From NCBI RefSeq assembly GCF_001194135.2, contig NC_068992.1:12387089-12451088 (forward strand): a stretch of 64,000 bases of DNA. The letters are read 5' to 3'. Under the pieces are notes generated by a model, which was not told the origin of the DNA, ran no database searches, and was given only the letters and a program-made list of their open reading frames with translations. The stretch comes from Octopus bimaculoides (Eukaryota). The translations under genes were made by a program, and so were the position numbers. This document shows, piece after piece, positions 13,150 to 26,619 of this stretch; positions within the stretch are counted from its first letter, which is position 1; each line of letters starts with the position of its first letter.

Positions 13150-13900
13150 TTCAGCTCAACCGAAATCGTATACATAGGTCTCAGAAGTCCTTGGTCTAGC
13201 AGTACTTCTTGTTGGCGGTAGTGTTACGCTGTTCTTCAGTCACTACAGGCACGATAGCGCAGTAGAGAGTTTGACGTAAACGTTCTGTTAGCTGACTGTT
13301 GGAGTCCGGAAACTGCTGACTGGCAAAGTGATGTCCGATTACGCCTTTTGTGTAAATGATACGTATGGTGAATGTCTGAGTGCATTTTGAGGATTAGTCT
13401 ACCACCAGCAGTGTTTGATGACCGGTGGCAAATAGTATCTAGCATGGTGCCAAAGGTGAGGGAAATTGTATGGCAGACAGTCAGTGTTATGCTGGTACTC
13501 CTGGATATGTATGTATCTTTGTTTAGCACAAGATTGTGCTTCACCTTATTGACATAACGTCTTGCATAAACCTTTCTGCGTAAACAGTCAGAGCTTTCTG
13601 GAATTTAGTCATGTAACATTCCGCAAAAAGTCAACCGGTGGTATATAAAGATAGTTATTAATTTTATACCTAAAAAGACAGAATGTACATACTTTGTAGG
13701 AGCACGAACAAAGTACTGTACAGTAGTCAATGGTATGACAAAGTGTCTCTTAAAGAAAGAAGACATACTGATAGGCAACAGTTCAGGCATTCTGTTCGTG
13801 ACCATTTACTTATTTTTACAATGTGTAAAGAAACGCCAAGACAATATAATCATTTTCTTCGTTTTTAAAAGAAGGAAAATTTGGCTTCCTTTTATCTATA
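13150..13900 (+). mobile_element. Possible Tx1/L1-clade LINE ORF2 C-terminal relic
   Basis: Peptides PKVREIVWQTV and C..VRAFWNLV resemble the post-RT zinc-knuckle region of Tx1/L1 ORF2. Highly decayed. Confidence 0.4.
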
Positions 13901-14332
13901 TGTAGGGTACTCATGTCTGCATAAACGTGACTATTTTCACTGAAGACGGATATGATTTAACGGAATTCGATTTTAATATCTACCAAAAGCAGCGGCTATG
14001 TTGTTGGTCACCCACTGGGTATTTGATAAAAAGAGTATTTGTTCCTGTTCCTGCCAGCAGAAAGATAGCTACCCATATTTCATTAAGTGCCACTCTGTGA
14101 TTCATAGGGGGAAGACCATAATTGACTCTTATCCTTATCAACTTATTAATATAACTTAGTATATTATAACTTAATAAAAGAAAATGAATATTTTAGAGCC
14201 GAGTAGATTTTTTGAAAATTTTAGGATATAAATTTTGAGTTCTTTCTAATGAATCTGAAATTAAAAGCTTTCAGATATGCGTGCATTGTATACTTCTATT
14301 TGTTTAATTGTGTGTATATGTGTGTAATCATT

Positions 14333-14392
<60 letters not shown>

Positions 14393-15216
14393 NNNNNNNN
14401 NNNNNNNNNNNNNNNNNNNNNNNNNNNNNNNNNNNNNNNNNNNNNNNNNNNNNNNNNNNNNNNNNNNNNNNNNNNNNNNNNNNNNNNNNNNNNNNNNNNN
14501 NNNNNNNNNNNNNNNNNNNNNNNNNNNNNNNNNNNNNNNNNNNNNNNNNNNNNNNNNNNNNNNNNNNNNNNNNNNNNNNNNNNNNNNNNNNNNNNNNNNN
14601 NNNNNNNNNNNNNNNNNNNNNNNNNNNNNNNNNNNNNNNNNNNNNNNNNNNNNNNNNNNNNNNNNNNNNNNNNNNNNNNNNNNNNNNNNNNNNNNNNNNN
14701 NNNNNNNNNNNNNNNNNNNNNNNNNNNNNNNNNNNNNNNNNNNNNNNNNNNNNNNNNNNNNNNNNNNNNNNNNNNNNNNNNNNNNNNNNNNNNNNNNNNN
14801 NNNNNNNNNNNNNNNNNNNNNNNNNNNNNNNNNNNNNNNNNNNNNNNNNNNNNNNNNNNNNNNNNNNNNNNNNNNNNNNNNNNNNNNNNNNNNNNNNNNN
14901 NNNNNNNNNNNNNNNNNNNNNNNNNNNNNNNNNNNNNNNNNNNNNNNNNNNNNNNNNNNNNNNNNNNNNNNNNNNNNNNNNNNNNNNNNNNNNNNNNNNN
15001 NNNNNNNNNNNNNNNNNNNNNNNNNNNNNNNNNNNNNNNNNNNNNNNNNNNNNNNNNNNNNNNNNNNNNNNNNNNNNNNNNNNNNNNNNNNNNNNNNNNN
15101 NNNNNNNNNNNNNNNNNNNNNNNNNNNNNNNNNNNNNNNNNNNNNNNNNNNNNNNNNNNNNNNNNNNNNNNNNNNNNNNNNNNNNNTCTAGTTCTGTGTG
15201 TGTGTATGAGTATTTA

Positions 15217-15261
<45 letters not shown>

Positions 15262-15959
15262 CAGAAATTTACCGTCACCCGATTCTGTTGGCTATTTTCT
15301 ATACATCTATATCCAGACGTGTGATATTGGCCTCTCCCACGTCATAAGAGAAGATAATATTACACGGCCTAATGCAGAGAGAATCACATGCAGAGGGGGT
15401 TATGAAATTCTGTACCAAGTAATTTCTGCGTTCGAAAATTTATTTTCGCCAAGGGTAGTTTTCGATTCAAACCTCTTTTTTTTTTTTGTGAATATGGTAT
15501 GGAAGAGTAAAAGAGCAAGGAAGGAAGAANNNNNNNNNNNNNNNNNNNNNNNNNNNNNNNNNNNNNNNNNNNNNNNNNNNNNNNNNNNNNNNNNNNNNNN
15601 NNNNNNNNNNNNNNNNNNNNNNNNNNNNNNNNNNNNNNNNNNNNNNNNNNNNNNNNGAAAATTTATTTTCGCCAAGGGTAGTTTTCGATTCAAACCTCTT
15701 TTTTTTTTGTGAATATGGTATGGAAGAGTAAAAGAGCAAGGAAGGAAGAAGTACTTCCGAATCAGTGAGGGAAACTCCACAATGATATAGGTAAATGAAA
15801 GAATTCTAAAGCAAAATTAGAGTGAAAGATGGTGGAGATAGAATTGGTAATTAGATAGATACTGACGTGAAAACGAAATGAGAGTCATGGTATATGTCTA
15901 CAACAAATTTATATATGAGTAAATAACTGGAACAATATATGCATTCAAAGTTGAAGAAA

Positions 15960-16105
15960 TACATCCTACGCAAAACACTTTCAATACAGTAACCATAAGA
16001 ACATCACAGCAAACCACAGCACATACCCAAGGCACACAGAGCTGCGCTCGGTAGTGAAGTGAAAGCATGTTATAAAAATAAAACTACTGATCAATAATAA
16101 TAATA
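15960..16105 (+). mobile_element. 3' end of Dong/R4-like LINE with short (AAT)n tail
   Basis: HILRKTLSIQ* (stop near 15992) resembles the C-terminal (LGTA)HILRKTL motif of R4/Dong ORFs. It is followed by a 3' UTR containing GCTGCGCTCGGTAGTGAAGTGAAAGC, then AATAATAATAAT. Confidence 0.65.
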
Positions 16106-17489
16106 TAGTGTATTGGCCCAGATGGGTACCCTTATGTTTTGAAATCCATATTCGTAAACCATTGTTCAATGGCTATGAACTTCTCATCAGCCGCAAATAC
16201 GATTGACTGGAAAGGTACGTGATAAATAATTGTCTGCAAGTATGGATGTCGAAACCTAACTTACACTATCTTAGTAACATTTATATCCCTAATAGAACTT
16301 GTTTACTATGTCAATAACATTCAATTCTATTGACTGTGTAGATCGCTCTTCCTTCAATTCCTACATTCTGTAGAAACTTTCATCACTGCCTACATACCTA
16401 CCTACACACACACACAACATACACACATACACATACATACACACACACACACATACACACACACACACNNNNNNNNNNNNNNNNNNNNNNNNNNNNNNNN
16501 NNNNNNNNNNNNNNNNNNNNNNNNNNNNNNNNNNNNNNNNNNNNNNNNNNNNNNNNNNNNNNNNNNNNNNNNNNNNNNNNNNNNNNNNNNNNNNNNNNNN
16601 NNNNNNNNNNNNNNNNNNNNNNNNNNNNNNNNNNNNNNNNNNNNNNNNNNNNNNNNNNNNNNNNNNNNNNNNNNNNNNNNNNNNNNNNNNNNNNNNNNNN
16701 NNNGAAGGAATATAAGCCATGAGATATGTGTGTTTGTGTCTGTGTGTGTGTGTGTGTGTGTGCGTGTGTGCGTATGTGTGTGTGTATGTGTGCGTGTGTC
16801 TGTGTGTGTGTGTGTGTGCGCGTGTGTGTGTGTGAGTACGTGTGTGTGTCTTCACGCACATGCTGACACATTATGCACATTCTATACACACAAACTTATA
16901 CAATTAATATCATCTTCCATTATCTTACAACAATAACCCACTCTGGAATCCTTTGCGTTGTATTACCCGAGAAAGTGAAATTATCTACTATTATACTCTG
17001 AATTTTACCTGAAGCCGATCGAGGGGTAGTTTTGATATTTTTTTTTTTACTATTGTATTTTTTTACTATTGTATTTTTTACTATTGCATTATTGTTATAT
17101 AATTTGTGTTCTGCTAATTCAAAATATTGAAATCATTATTGTAATGTTGGAGCGAACACAATGTAGAAAATGCATTGTGGTCTCAGTAAACACGTTTTGG
17201 AATATGTTTAATCGGTTGTTTTGGGATTGAAGTGAATATGAGGGCATATATGCAAGGGAAAAGCATTTCATGAAGATCCTGGTACACGCATATACGTATT
17301 CGCAGAGAAGCACATAAATATACGTAAATACATTTATTCATAATAAATAAGTTCTTACATATATATGCAGAGAAGCGTACACGCGTACAGATAAGATGTA
17401 TATATGTGTGCGCGCATGTGTGTGAATGTGTGTGTGTATGAGTATGTGTGTATGAAAATATGGAAGAACTACAATTTATCGCATTCGTT

Positions 17490-18575
17490 TAAAAGATTAC
17501 TTTATCTGTTACTGGGTTCAGTCAGGGGCAGAGCCCTTGCTAGAGCACCGCCTTTCAGTGAGTTTGTTTTTCTTTGTCGTATTGTTTTTGGTGGAGTAAC
17601 GAGTTGAGCAGAGCTGCCCTTCCTTACGCCCCCTGCTGCATTATGGGTTAATCTGGTACTTCAGACAAAACTTTGTCCACCCGGTCGTGGAAGATCTCCA
17701 CAGCTACACCTCGCAAATCTCTGAGGTCGTCTGACAGAATGTTAAGCGGTTGTGGACCCTTAAGACCCAAGGTGGCAAAATATTGTTCTTATTCGAGTTG
17801 GAACAAACGGGATCTTTGGTGCTATGCAGTGCCATCCACTTCGGTGATTAGTTAGCTGTCAGTTATAAGGTTGGGAGCTAGATCTTTCAGGGTCAGCCAT
17901 ATGTATATCACTGCATATCTCTCACGCCTTCCCTCTAAGGGGTAGAGCATCTTTTCCCTTAAATTCTCCCAGTAGCACATCTGTTTCACCGAGTCAATCT
18001 TCTTTGTGCAGTGGCACTGGATTGCCTTAGGTTCCGCCAACAGGTTGATGCTCTGTCCACGTTCAGCAGCATATTATTCTTTTCTGCCCATTGGACAACA
18101 ACCAGTAGATTTGACTGAAGACATGTCCGGTCACCCAATTCATTGACGACATTTCGGTTCTTGGAACCCTCTGCAAAGATTCTTATATTGCTGTGCTTCA
18201 TGATGTCAGTAATATCATTGATGTGATGAATAGAAATGGGTCCAACACAGTACCTTATGGAACGCCACTGCTGACTTTGGCTGGGCTTGATTTTACTCCT
18301 TCGACTACAACGTGTTGGGTTCTGTCCATTAGGAAACACTTGCTACATTGTGGTAACTTTCCCGAGACATTAATGTTGGATAGCTTTTTCAAGAGAATCT
18401 TATGATCAACCCTGTCAAAGGCCTAGCTGAAATCAAAGCAGATGACATCGGTGTTGGAGCCCTCTCCCAAAGCTCTCAAAAGTTAATGCAGGGGCTGCGT
18501 TAGGTAGTTCCTTCAATTACGAAATCCATGTCGGTTGGGGATCAGCAGTCTGTAGTTTTCAACAAAGTGGGTTAT
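17490..18575 (-). mobile_element. CR1-clade LINE, RT region plus 3' end, with internal deletion
   Basis: Minus strand gives HGFRN*RNYLTQ, DVICFDFS*AFDRVDH, VSSGVP*GTVLDP, IRIFAEGSK (YADDTK motif) and LYPLEGRRERYAVIYIW. Confidence 0.9.
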
Positions 18576-18627
18576 TGGTGATATATATGGTAATAAAAAA
18601 GGGTGCTACAAGTGGCTCCAGCAAGCT

Positions 18628-18663
<36 letters not shown>

Positions 18664-19359
18664 TAACACTGACATTTATATATATGCACATAAGCATGAC
18701 GCATACATATCTATATAAAGTGCATATGAACTCATGCGTAAAATTATTGTTCTTTGTTTCTCTTTATACTATTCACTACGTCGCTCAATAGAGTAAATAA
18801 CTATGATTTTGAACTATTTTTGATTGAATATGGATACAGAAATAAAATGATGTATGTCTATGTTAGCATGTTTTGTCTGATGTGGCATGTGAGCCAAGTC
18901 TGAAAGGACTATACATGGAGTACAAATAAATTCTGTTTCCTGAGAAACTTGATCAACTTGGCGTTTTACCATGACATTCATTATAATCAGACAGACACCA
19001 AGTGATATATACGTTCACTCACAGCAACATAAGCACACACACACACGCGCGCGCGCATCTACCAGAGGGAATAAGCTGCGTATAAATTGATGTTTAGTTG
19101 TAAATACTTACTACGTATCCAGTAGATTGGCGTTAAAGGGCTCTAATAGTTCGTGTTTATTGTAGTTGTCTAAACCTTTAGTTAGGGGGGTTAATAATTT
19201 AAAATGGAGACAGTGGATCAAAGATTAATTTACAGGCAGGAGACATTTTCTTTACTAGGACTGTCTGACATATCTGAATAACATCAAGTGGATTACATTA
19301 TACGTTTCAATTCTGTAATTTACGGATTCCTTAATACAAAGGGATAGACAGAGAGACAC

Positions 19360-19581
19360 AGATGTATGTATTATGTATGTATGTATGCATGTATTATGTA
19401 TGTATGTACGTACGTATGTATGTATGTATGTATGTAGGTAGGTATGTATGTATGTGTGTATGTATGTATGTAGGTAGGTAGGTAGGTATGTATGCATGTA
19501 TGTATGAACGTATGGGTGTATATATACACCTACGTAAATAGATACTTAGAGATAGACAGATAGACAGACAGACAGACAGAC

Positions 19582-19644
<63 letters not shown>

Positions 19645-19645
19645 G
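19360..19645. repeat. Compound tetranucleotide microsatellites (TATG)n/(TAGG)n/(GACA)n/(GATA)n
   Basis: Read directly. Confidence 0.95.
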
Positions 19646-20830
19646 ACACGCACATCGAGGGCTTCTGAATCGCTCTTTCTAACTACCAAACACCATTCAA
19701 ACTTTATCTTTCATCTCTGTAGAGATGAACAAATGATCGCACAGTTATATCAAAACTGCAAATCTGTGATTCTAAAGTAAACTTATCTACACAGACGTAC
19801 TTGCGCCTATTTGCATAAGTGTTTAAATAAAGAAAACGCGTGGCTATTATTATACAAATTTAAAGGTTAATATGAGTTTCAGCGTAAACTGGTGATTGTT
19901 CAATTGTGTGTATCACAACATTGATAGTGTCATGTTAACAATGGGTACTTATTTGAAGGACTGTAACACCGCTAATAATCCTTTCAGATGAAGTGTCTTA
20001 CTCTTTTGAAGAAACATGTTAAAAGAAATATTTCGTCTTTCAAGTGGAATGCCAGGTGACAGAACAACCTTTACGTAAGAATGATAGAATACCTGTTGTC
20101 AAAGTATCTTGAGAAAAGATAGAAATTGGAAAAAAAAAATTTGTCATGCTAATATCTCATTCATTTGAATTCATGCAAAAAATCTGAACAACATGGTGTG
20201 CAAATTTTTTATTGTAAACAACACAGGATTGATATACGACAGAATGTCACATATAAAAAAAAAATGAACGAAATAAAATAATTAAAACAAACAATTAGCT
20301 GGTAATTACAGGAGCTGAAATGTACAGCGCTGTCCATAATATACAACCATTTAAAAAGTGACTATGTAAGTAAGATTTTCTCACCCAACTATTTTGACAT
20401 TTTGGTCGGATGAGATGAAATAGACAGCAGACACGGAAATATTTGCTGAAAAAGTTTTAAAGAACAATTTTAAATAAAAATAGAACACTATGGTATAACA
20501 TGTATGCACGCGTTATACGCAACAAACAATGCCTCACATGTATGAGAGTGAATGTATGTGTGCGTCAGTTTGTGTATGTCGCTCCCGAAATGGGACCGGC
20601 AAATGTATATAAGAATACATATGAATATATAAGTGTGTGCATACATAGTACATACACGCACTTATACTTATGTGTATTTTTAAAATCTTTCATAAACGAA
20701 ATTTTTCACACTCTCAAACACGCACACACGTATAAATACGTACATAAAATATGGATCCTGTAAGAGAGAGAAAGACTGAAAGAAAGTAAAAGAGAAGCTG
20801 ATAGAATGACAGAAATTTTAAGAGAATCTA

Positions 20831-20869
<39 letters not shown>

Positions 20870-20912
20870 GTATATACATATAAATACATAAATATATATA
20901 TATATATACACG

Positions 20913-20946
<34 letters not shown>

Positions 20947-21469
20947 CATATATTTATATATACACACGTGAAAAAATGGACTAAAAGGAATAGGAGGAGT
21001 CACGTTGGACCGTGAATCGGTGAAGAGGTCACGATGTCTCATTAAAGATTTCCAGACATATGATAAAAAATAAGAGCAATAATAAAAGAAATCTTAAGTA
21101 AAAAACGAATGTATTGTGCGTGTGTTTCTTTGAGGTAAAATATTTTAAAACTGATAACGAAATAACTTCCATTCCCGAAATATAAGTATATAAGACTGTA
21201 CTAGAATAGATGAAAGCGCTAATTTATAAAAACATGTGACATATTAATAAAAATTTGTAAATGCACAACCATCCAGATATTTGAGTTCCTTATTATTTTT
21301 TCTAAAATATAATTCCTGTACATCACCTCNNNNNNNNNNTATATATACATACATACATATATATATGGCTTGGAGGAGATGCATTTTTAATGAAGTGGAG
21401 CTTTAGAGTAGCTATATATATATATATATATATTTATAGAGGGAGAATTCACAATAAAAACAAAAGACG

Positions 21470-21630
21470 AAGCCAGGTGGTGTAGACAAACAGATGTTTT
21501 GGTTTAACGCTCAAGAAGAGAAAACGTCTTATACGTTTCGAGCCTACTCTCTTCCACAGAAAGGAACACAGGAAGAAACAGGGAGGGAAAATAAAGAATG
21601 TGGAGTGGCTAGCGATCTATCATGGCGTAT
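21470..21630 (-). mobile_element. Probable Penelope-like element terminal (pseudo-LTR) fragment with hammerhead-like motif
   Basis: Minus strand CTGTGGAAGAGAGTAGGCTCGAAACGTATAAGACGTT has the architecture typical of PLE ends. Family assignment is inference. Confidence 0.5.
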
Positions 21631-22004
21631 GATGTATTTATATATATGCACATACATATTACACGTGTGTGCGGGCGCGCGCGCGATTGTGTAGACATAT
21701 TTTTTCGAGAATCCTGAAACCATACTCAAGACAAAAGTGTATAGAACAGATGGGTTCTGTTTATTCCACATACAGCCGCACATTTTCCACATGTCATTCC
21801 CTTTTATTGCCGTTTCTTATGTAATATACTTACAAACTGATATGAAAATTTGAATTCTGTCCATCGCATTACGTGCTTTGCTTAACTTGATCATAAATGC
21901 ATTTCTTCGGTATCTAAGAATTACTTCTAACTGTCACCAAATAGTATACGCAGAGAGAGCTAGAAACATATTCACGGAAACACATTCAAACAAAGGCACA
22001 TATA

Positions 22005-22040
<36 letters not shown>

Positions 22041-23468
22041 CGTGCCTTGTATGTGCGTACATAATTACGCCCATACAGGCGCCTACACACGTGATTGCGC
22101 ACATACACGCACGCGAGGATATGTGCATGTGTATTTCTGTATTCGAATACGTATACGTATGCATCNNNNNNNNNNNNNNNNNNNNNNNNNNNNNNNNNNN
22201 NNNNNNNNNNNNNNNNNNNNNNNNNNNNNNNNNNNNNNNNNNNNNNNNNNNNNNNNNNNNNNNNNNNNNNNNNNNNNNNNNNNNNNNNNNNNNNNNNNNN
22301 NNNNNNNNNNNNNNNNNNNNNNNNNNNNNNNNNNNNNNNNNNNNNNNNNNNNNNNNNNNNNNNNNNNNNNNNNNNNNNNNNNNNNNNNNNNNNNNNNNNN
22401 NNNNNNNNNNNNNNNNNNNNNNNNNNNNNNNNNNNNNNNNNNNNNNNNNNNNNNNNNNNNNNNNNNNNNNNNNNNNNNNNNNNNNNNNNNNNNNNNNNNN
22501 NNNNNNNNNNNNNNNNNNNNNNNNNNNNNNNNNNNNNNNNNNNNNNNNNNNNNNNNNNNNNNNNNNNNNNNNNNNNNNNNNNNNNNNNNNNNNNNNNNNN
22601 NNNNNNNNNNNNNNNNNNNNNNNNNNNNNNNNNNNNNNNNNNNNNNNNNNNNNNNNNNNNNNNNNNNNNNNNNNNNNNNNNNNNNNNNNNNNNNNNNNNN
22701 NNNNNNNNNNNNNNNNNNNNNNNNNNNNNNNNNNNNNNNNNNNNNNNNNNNNNNNNNNNNNNNNNNNNNNNNNNNNNNNNNNNNNNNNNNNNNNNNNNNN
22801 NNATATATATATATATATATATATACCATGATGAAAATATTAACACGACCTCGGAGACTAAACACCACATAATCTAAAAAACGAAGAAAAAATATGTAAA
22901 ATGATGGTTGCTGCGGAGGCTACAATAAAAATGAACATCTAATAAATAACCAGAACTTATTTATTTCAAACATTATCAAACATGTCTGCAATAAATATAA
23001 TCTTTTACTTATAACTGTTTGTTTAACGTCCGACGAAATTGCTTTCACATTGTTTAATATGAACTTTCGTCTATGGCGGCATTTTTATATGTAAATATTC
23101 ACACGCACACACACACATATGTAAATATTCAGACACACGTAGACACACACAAATATACACACGCACACAAACACGCATATATGTATAAATTCATATAAGC
23201 ATGTGTGTGTATGCTTGTGAAGAATTTATCTGTGCGGATATGCTTGCGTTTGAACACATATTTAAACATGCCTGAAGTTATGTATATGAAATTGGTTTGG
23301 TCCGGAGATATATTCAAATATACATAGAGAGACTCATATATACACACATACAGACTCACTCCCACACACGTCTATCTATCTCTGCATTTATCTATATATG
23401 TAAGTATCTATCTATCTGTCTGTCTGACTGTCTCTCTCACTCTGTTTCTGTCTGTCTGTCTCCTCCTC

Positions 23469-23504
<36 letters not shown>

Positions 23505-23737
23505 ATCTCTCTCTCTTTCCCTCTGTATGTATATGTGTGTGTATGTGTTTGTGAACACTTACGTTACTGAATATATATATATATATATATATATGTGCGT
23601 GCGTTTATGTTTGTTTTCATCTATTAAAAATATATATTACAATGAATATATGTGTAATAACTTGTATCAGTCTATTACTCACAAATCTGCGCATGTGTTT
23701 TCCACACACGCACACAGATACACACACATACACACAC

Positions 23738-23782
<45 letters not shown>

Positions 23783-23882
23783 NNNNNNNNNNNNNNNNNN
23801 NNNNNNNNNNNNNNNNNNNNNNNNNNNNNNNNNNNNNNNNNNNNNNNNNNNNNNNNNNNNNNNNNNNNNNNNNNNNNNNNNN

Positions 23883-23948
<66 letters not shown>

Positions 23949-25467
23949 TTATATATATATATATATAATCATGCATATATACATAGACATATACGCACAT
24001 ACGAATACATATCCTTATAAATTTGTCTACGCTCAAATTGAGATGTTTGATTTCGTGTATGTGAGAATATATGTTTTGTTTTATACTTGAATATACTCTG
24101 TATATATTTGTTTCTTTCACTTGGCGTGTAAGATTTGAGGGAAACGTCTGCGCCTGTGTGTTTCGCTTATGTCCGTTTACTTGTTTGTGTCTATGTGTCT
24201 TCCTGCACATGTGTTCTTTAAATGTGGATGTATATATTTCTGACCTTGTTATGAATATCTGTTGATGCATCTATATCAATGTTATTACTAAATCAAGTTC
24301 GAATACATGACAGTGGAAATGTACAAAGAAATTGAACATAAATAACACAGGAAAAGTAACAGCGAAAATAAAAATAATTCTTTGCTGGTTAGATGTATTT
24401 TGATAATTTTCTGTTCATGGATAAAGGCAAGAATTATCGATTGAAGGAGACAGTGAACATGATTGGATCAAAAAATAGCAATAGGAATAATAGCGTTTAA
24501 AATATGATTATACATTGTAAATAACTATAATAACAACATCAATAATAATGATTGTGTATTGCTTCATTGTACGGAAACATAAAGATTTCATCGGGTAATA
24601 TGGCATGTTGATTTAATCACAGCAATATTGACTGGTTAATTTACTTTAATTAATCTAACCACAATGGTATTAAAACTGGAAATATTATTTCGGAAGAACT
24701 GGAAATTGGAAAAAAATGGAATTTTCTGAATATTGAAATGCTGATTCCTAAAATTGGTACAACGGCGTGTTTTTGTTTTGTGTGTGAGCTTAAAGGCAAA
24801 CGATCATAAAGATATCGAAAATAAGCTTTTATTTACTTTCCAGCAACGAATATTGCATGGGGATATGGATTTGAAAGAATATGTAAAAGGGTAATCATTT
24901 CGGGAATATGAAGATGGTAATGATTTCTCATTCCTTTTAAGCGGGTGTACCTTTCATTTTGGCTTGGTACTCTAGCGCTTCTATCAATCTATCTACAGAA
25001 TCGATTGATATGCGTATCAGTTTAACACGTGACAACAGCCGTTTGGCGTAACACCACACACCACTGATGCTGAATAAACAATCGTATGTTCGTTGAACGC
25101 TTCATTGGTTTATGGGCATCTCGAAAAACCTTAAAAAAATACTAATGAACAGAACGTTTTGCAGCATGTGAAAATGAGCATACTATGGGACATCGCATTT
25201 TATGTACAGAGCGAAACTGAGGCAACCCTTTAAAATTCCTGCTTGTCAAATGTTACCAGGAACAGAAATATCTCGTAATCGATGAAGTTCTTGCAAAAGG
25301 TAAAAAGAAATGCAGATTAAATCAAAAGCAATACATATAATGATAAGTATTTAGGGTATGAAAATAAAATATACTGACGAATACGTAGCCAACTGCCCAG
25401 GACTTAAACGCATACATAACGGAAATACAAAGCCATACAATATATATATATATATACATACATACAT

Positions 25468-25539
<72 letters not shown>

Positions 25540-26619
25540 AAATAACCTCAATAGGATAGTACATAACACACAGAAACAAAATAAGATTATGCACGTGCAC
25601 ATAAGCACGTTGAGCTTTGATCGTTTTGATAGTAAATGCACGTAATACAAATAAAGCTATTCAGGTAATAATAATACACATGTGGCTAGTAGAATAGCAA
25701 TACAAAACTCTAAGATTAAAGTAAATGTCTGAATGCATTAACCATTGCTGTAATAAGCTCTACTTGTACTGTAAATAAATCGGAAAATAAACGGATCTAG
25801 TGAGACTAGATAGAAAACAAATCGCAAAATATATAAAATACATTCTACAATACATCAAAGAAAGGCAAAAAAATGAAGCAGACAGGTTATATTTATCGCT
25901 GGTGTAAGCTAGAAGAGTTATACAGTAAGAAAATTACTATATAATAGCTTGTGTTCGTTTACACACACAGACACACAATCTCATATTTACACGCATTTGC
26001 GCACACTCAGATTTAGATACGTGAGTAGTATGTGTATAGACATATACACCCGCACACTATACACATAAATTCACACGCACACGCGTGTGTAGTTCTGGTG
26101 TTTTATATACATTTATATGTGTGCGTTCTTTTGGATGTGTGCATTTGTAGTGTCTGCTTGTGTACGTCAACATTACCTATTATTAACTGTGGTAAAAAGT
26201 AGAACTGTAGTGAAAAGTAAGAAGTAGAACAAGAAATTGCTACTAAATATGTTCAAAGGAATATTTGCAATTCTTATCTTTTGTAATATCCCCTGTGCCT
26301 TATATATCTACAATGTGGCCTATCGCATCAGAATATCCTACATTGGATCCTGTAAATGTACTTAGAGATTCAATAATCTAGGGTATTTGCAGTACATTAG
26401 ACAACCCGAAATAGTATGAATTAAAATACGATAAGTATGAAAGCGGTACCATTTGACCCAAAGTAATAGGATTGCGTGTTTTGAATTTGAGACATAAATA
26501 GTGACAGGAAAGAGTTTGCACAAATAAGCATTGCCAACAGATAATAAACGTGTCCGATAAGAATGGAGTTAACGTTATATATAAAAATAATTTACTTCTC
26601 ATATCTCGGACGTAGCTAA

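Noticed and set aside
16150-16195. Minus-strand CTGATGAGAA with GTTCA/TGAAC hairpin
   Set aside because: It is followed by CGAAT rather than GAAA, and has no stem III.
19985-20025. CAGATGA...GAAACATGTT hammerhead echo (similar weak echoes at 13930, 49895 and 50107)
   Set aside because: Core mismatches or no credible stem II; expected by chance in AT-rich DNA.
20312-20365. 54-nt phase-0 candidate exon ELKCTALSIIYNHLKSDY with strong GTAAGT donor
   Set aside because: The acceptor lacks a pyrimidine tract, there is no recognisable homology, and no partner exon links to it.
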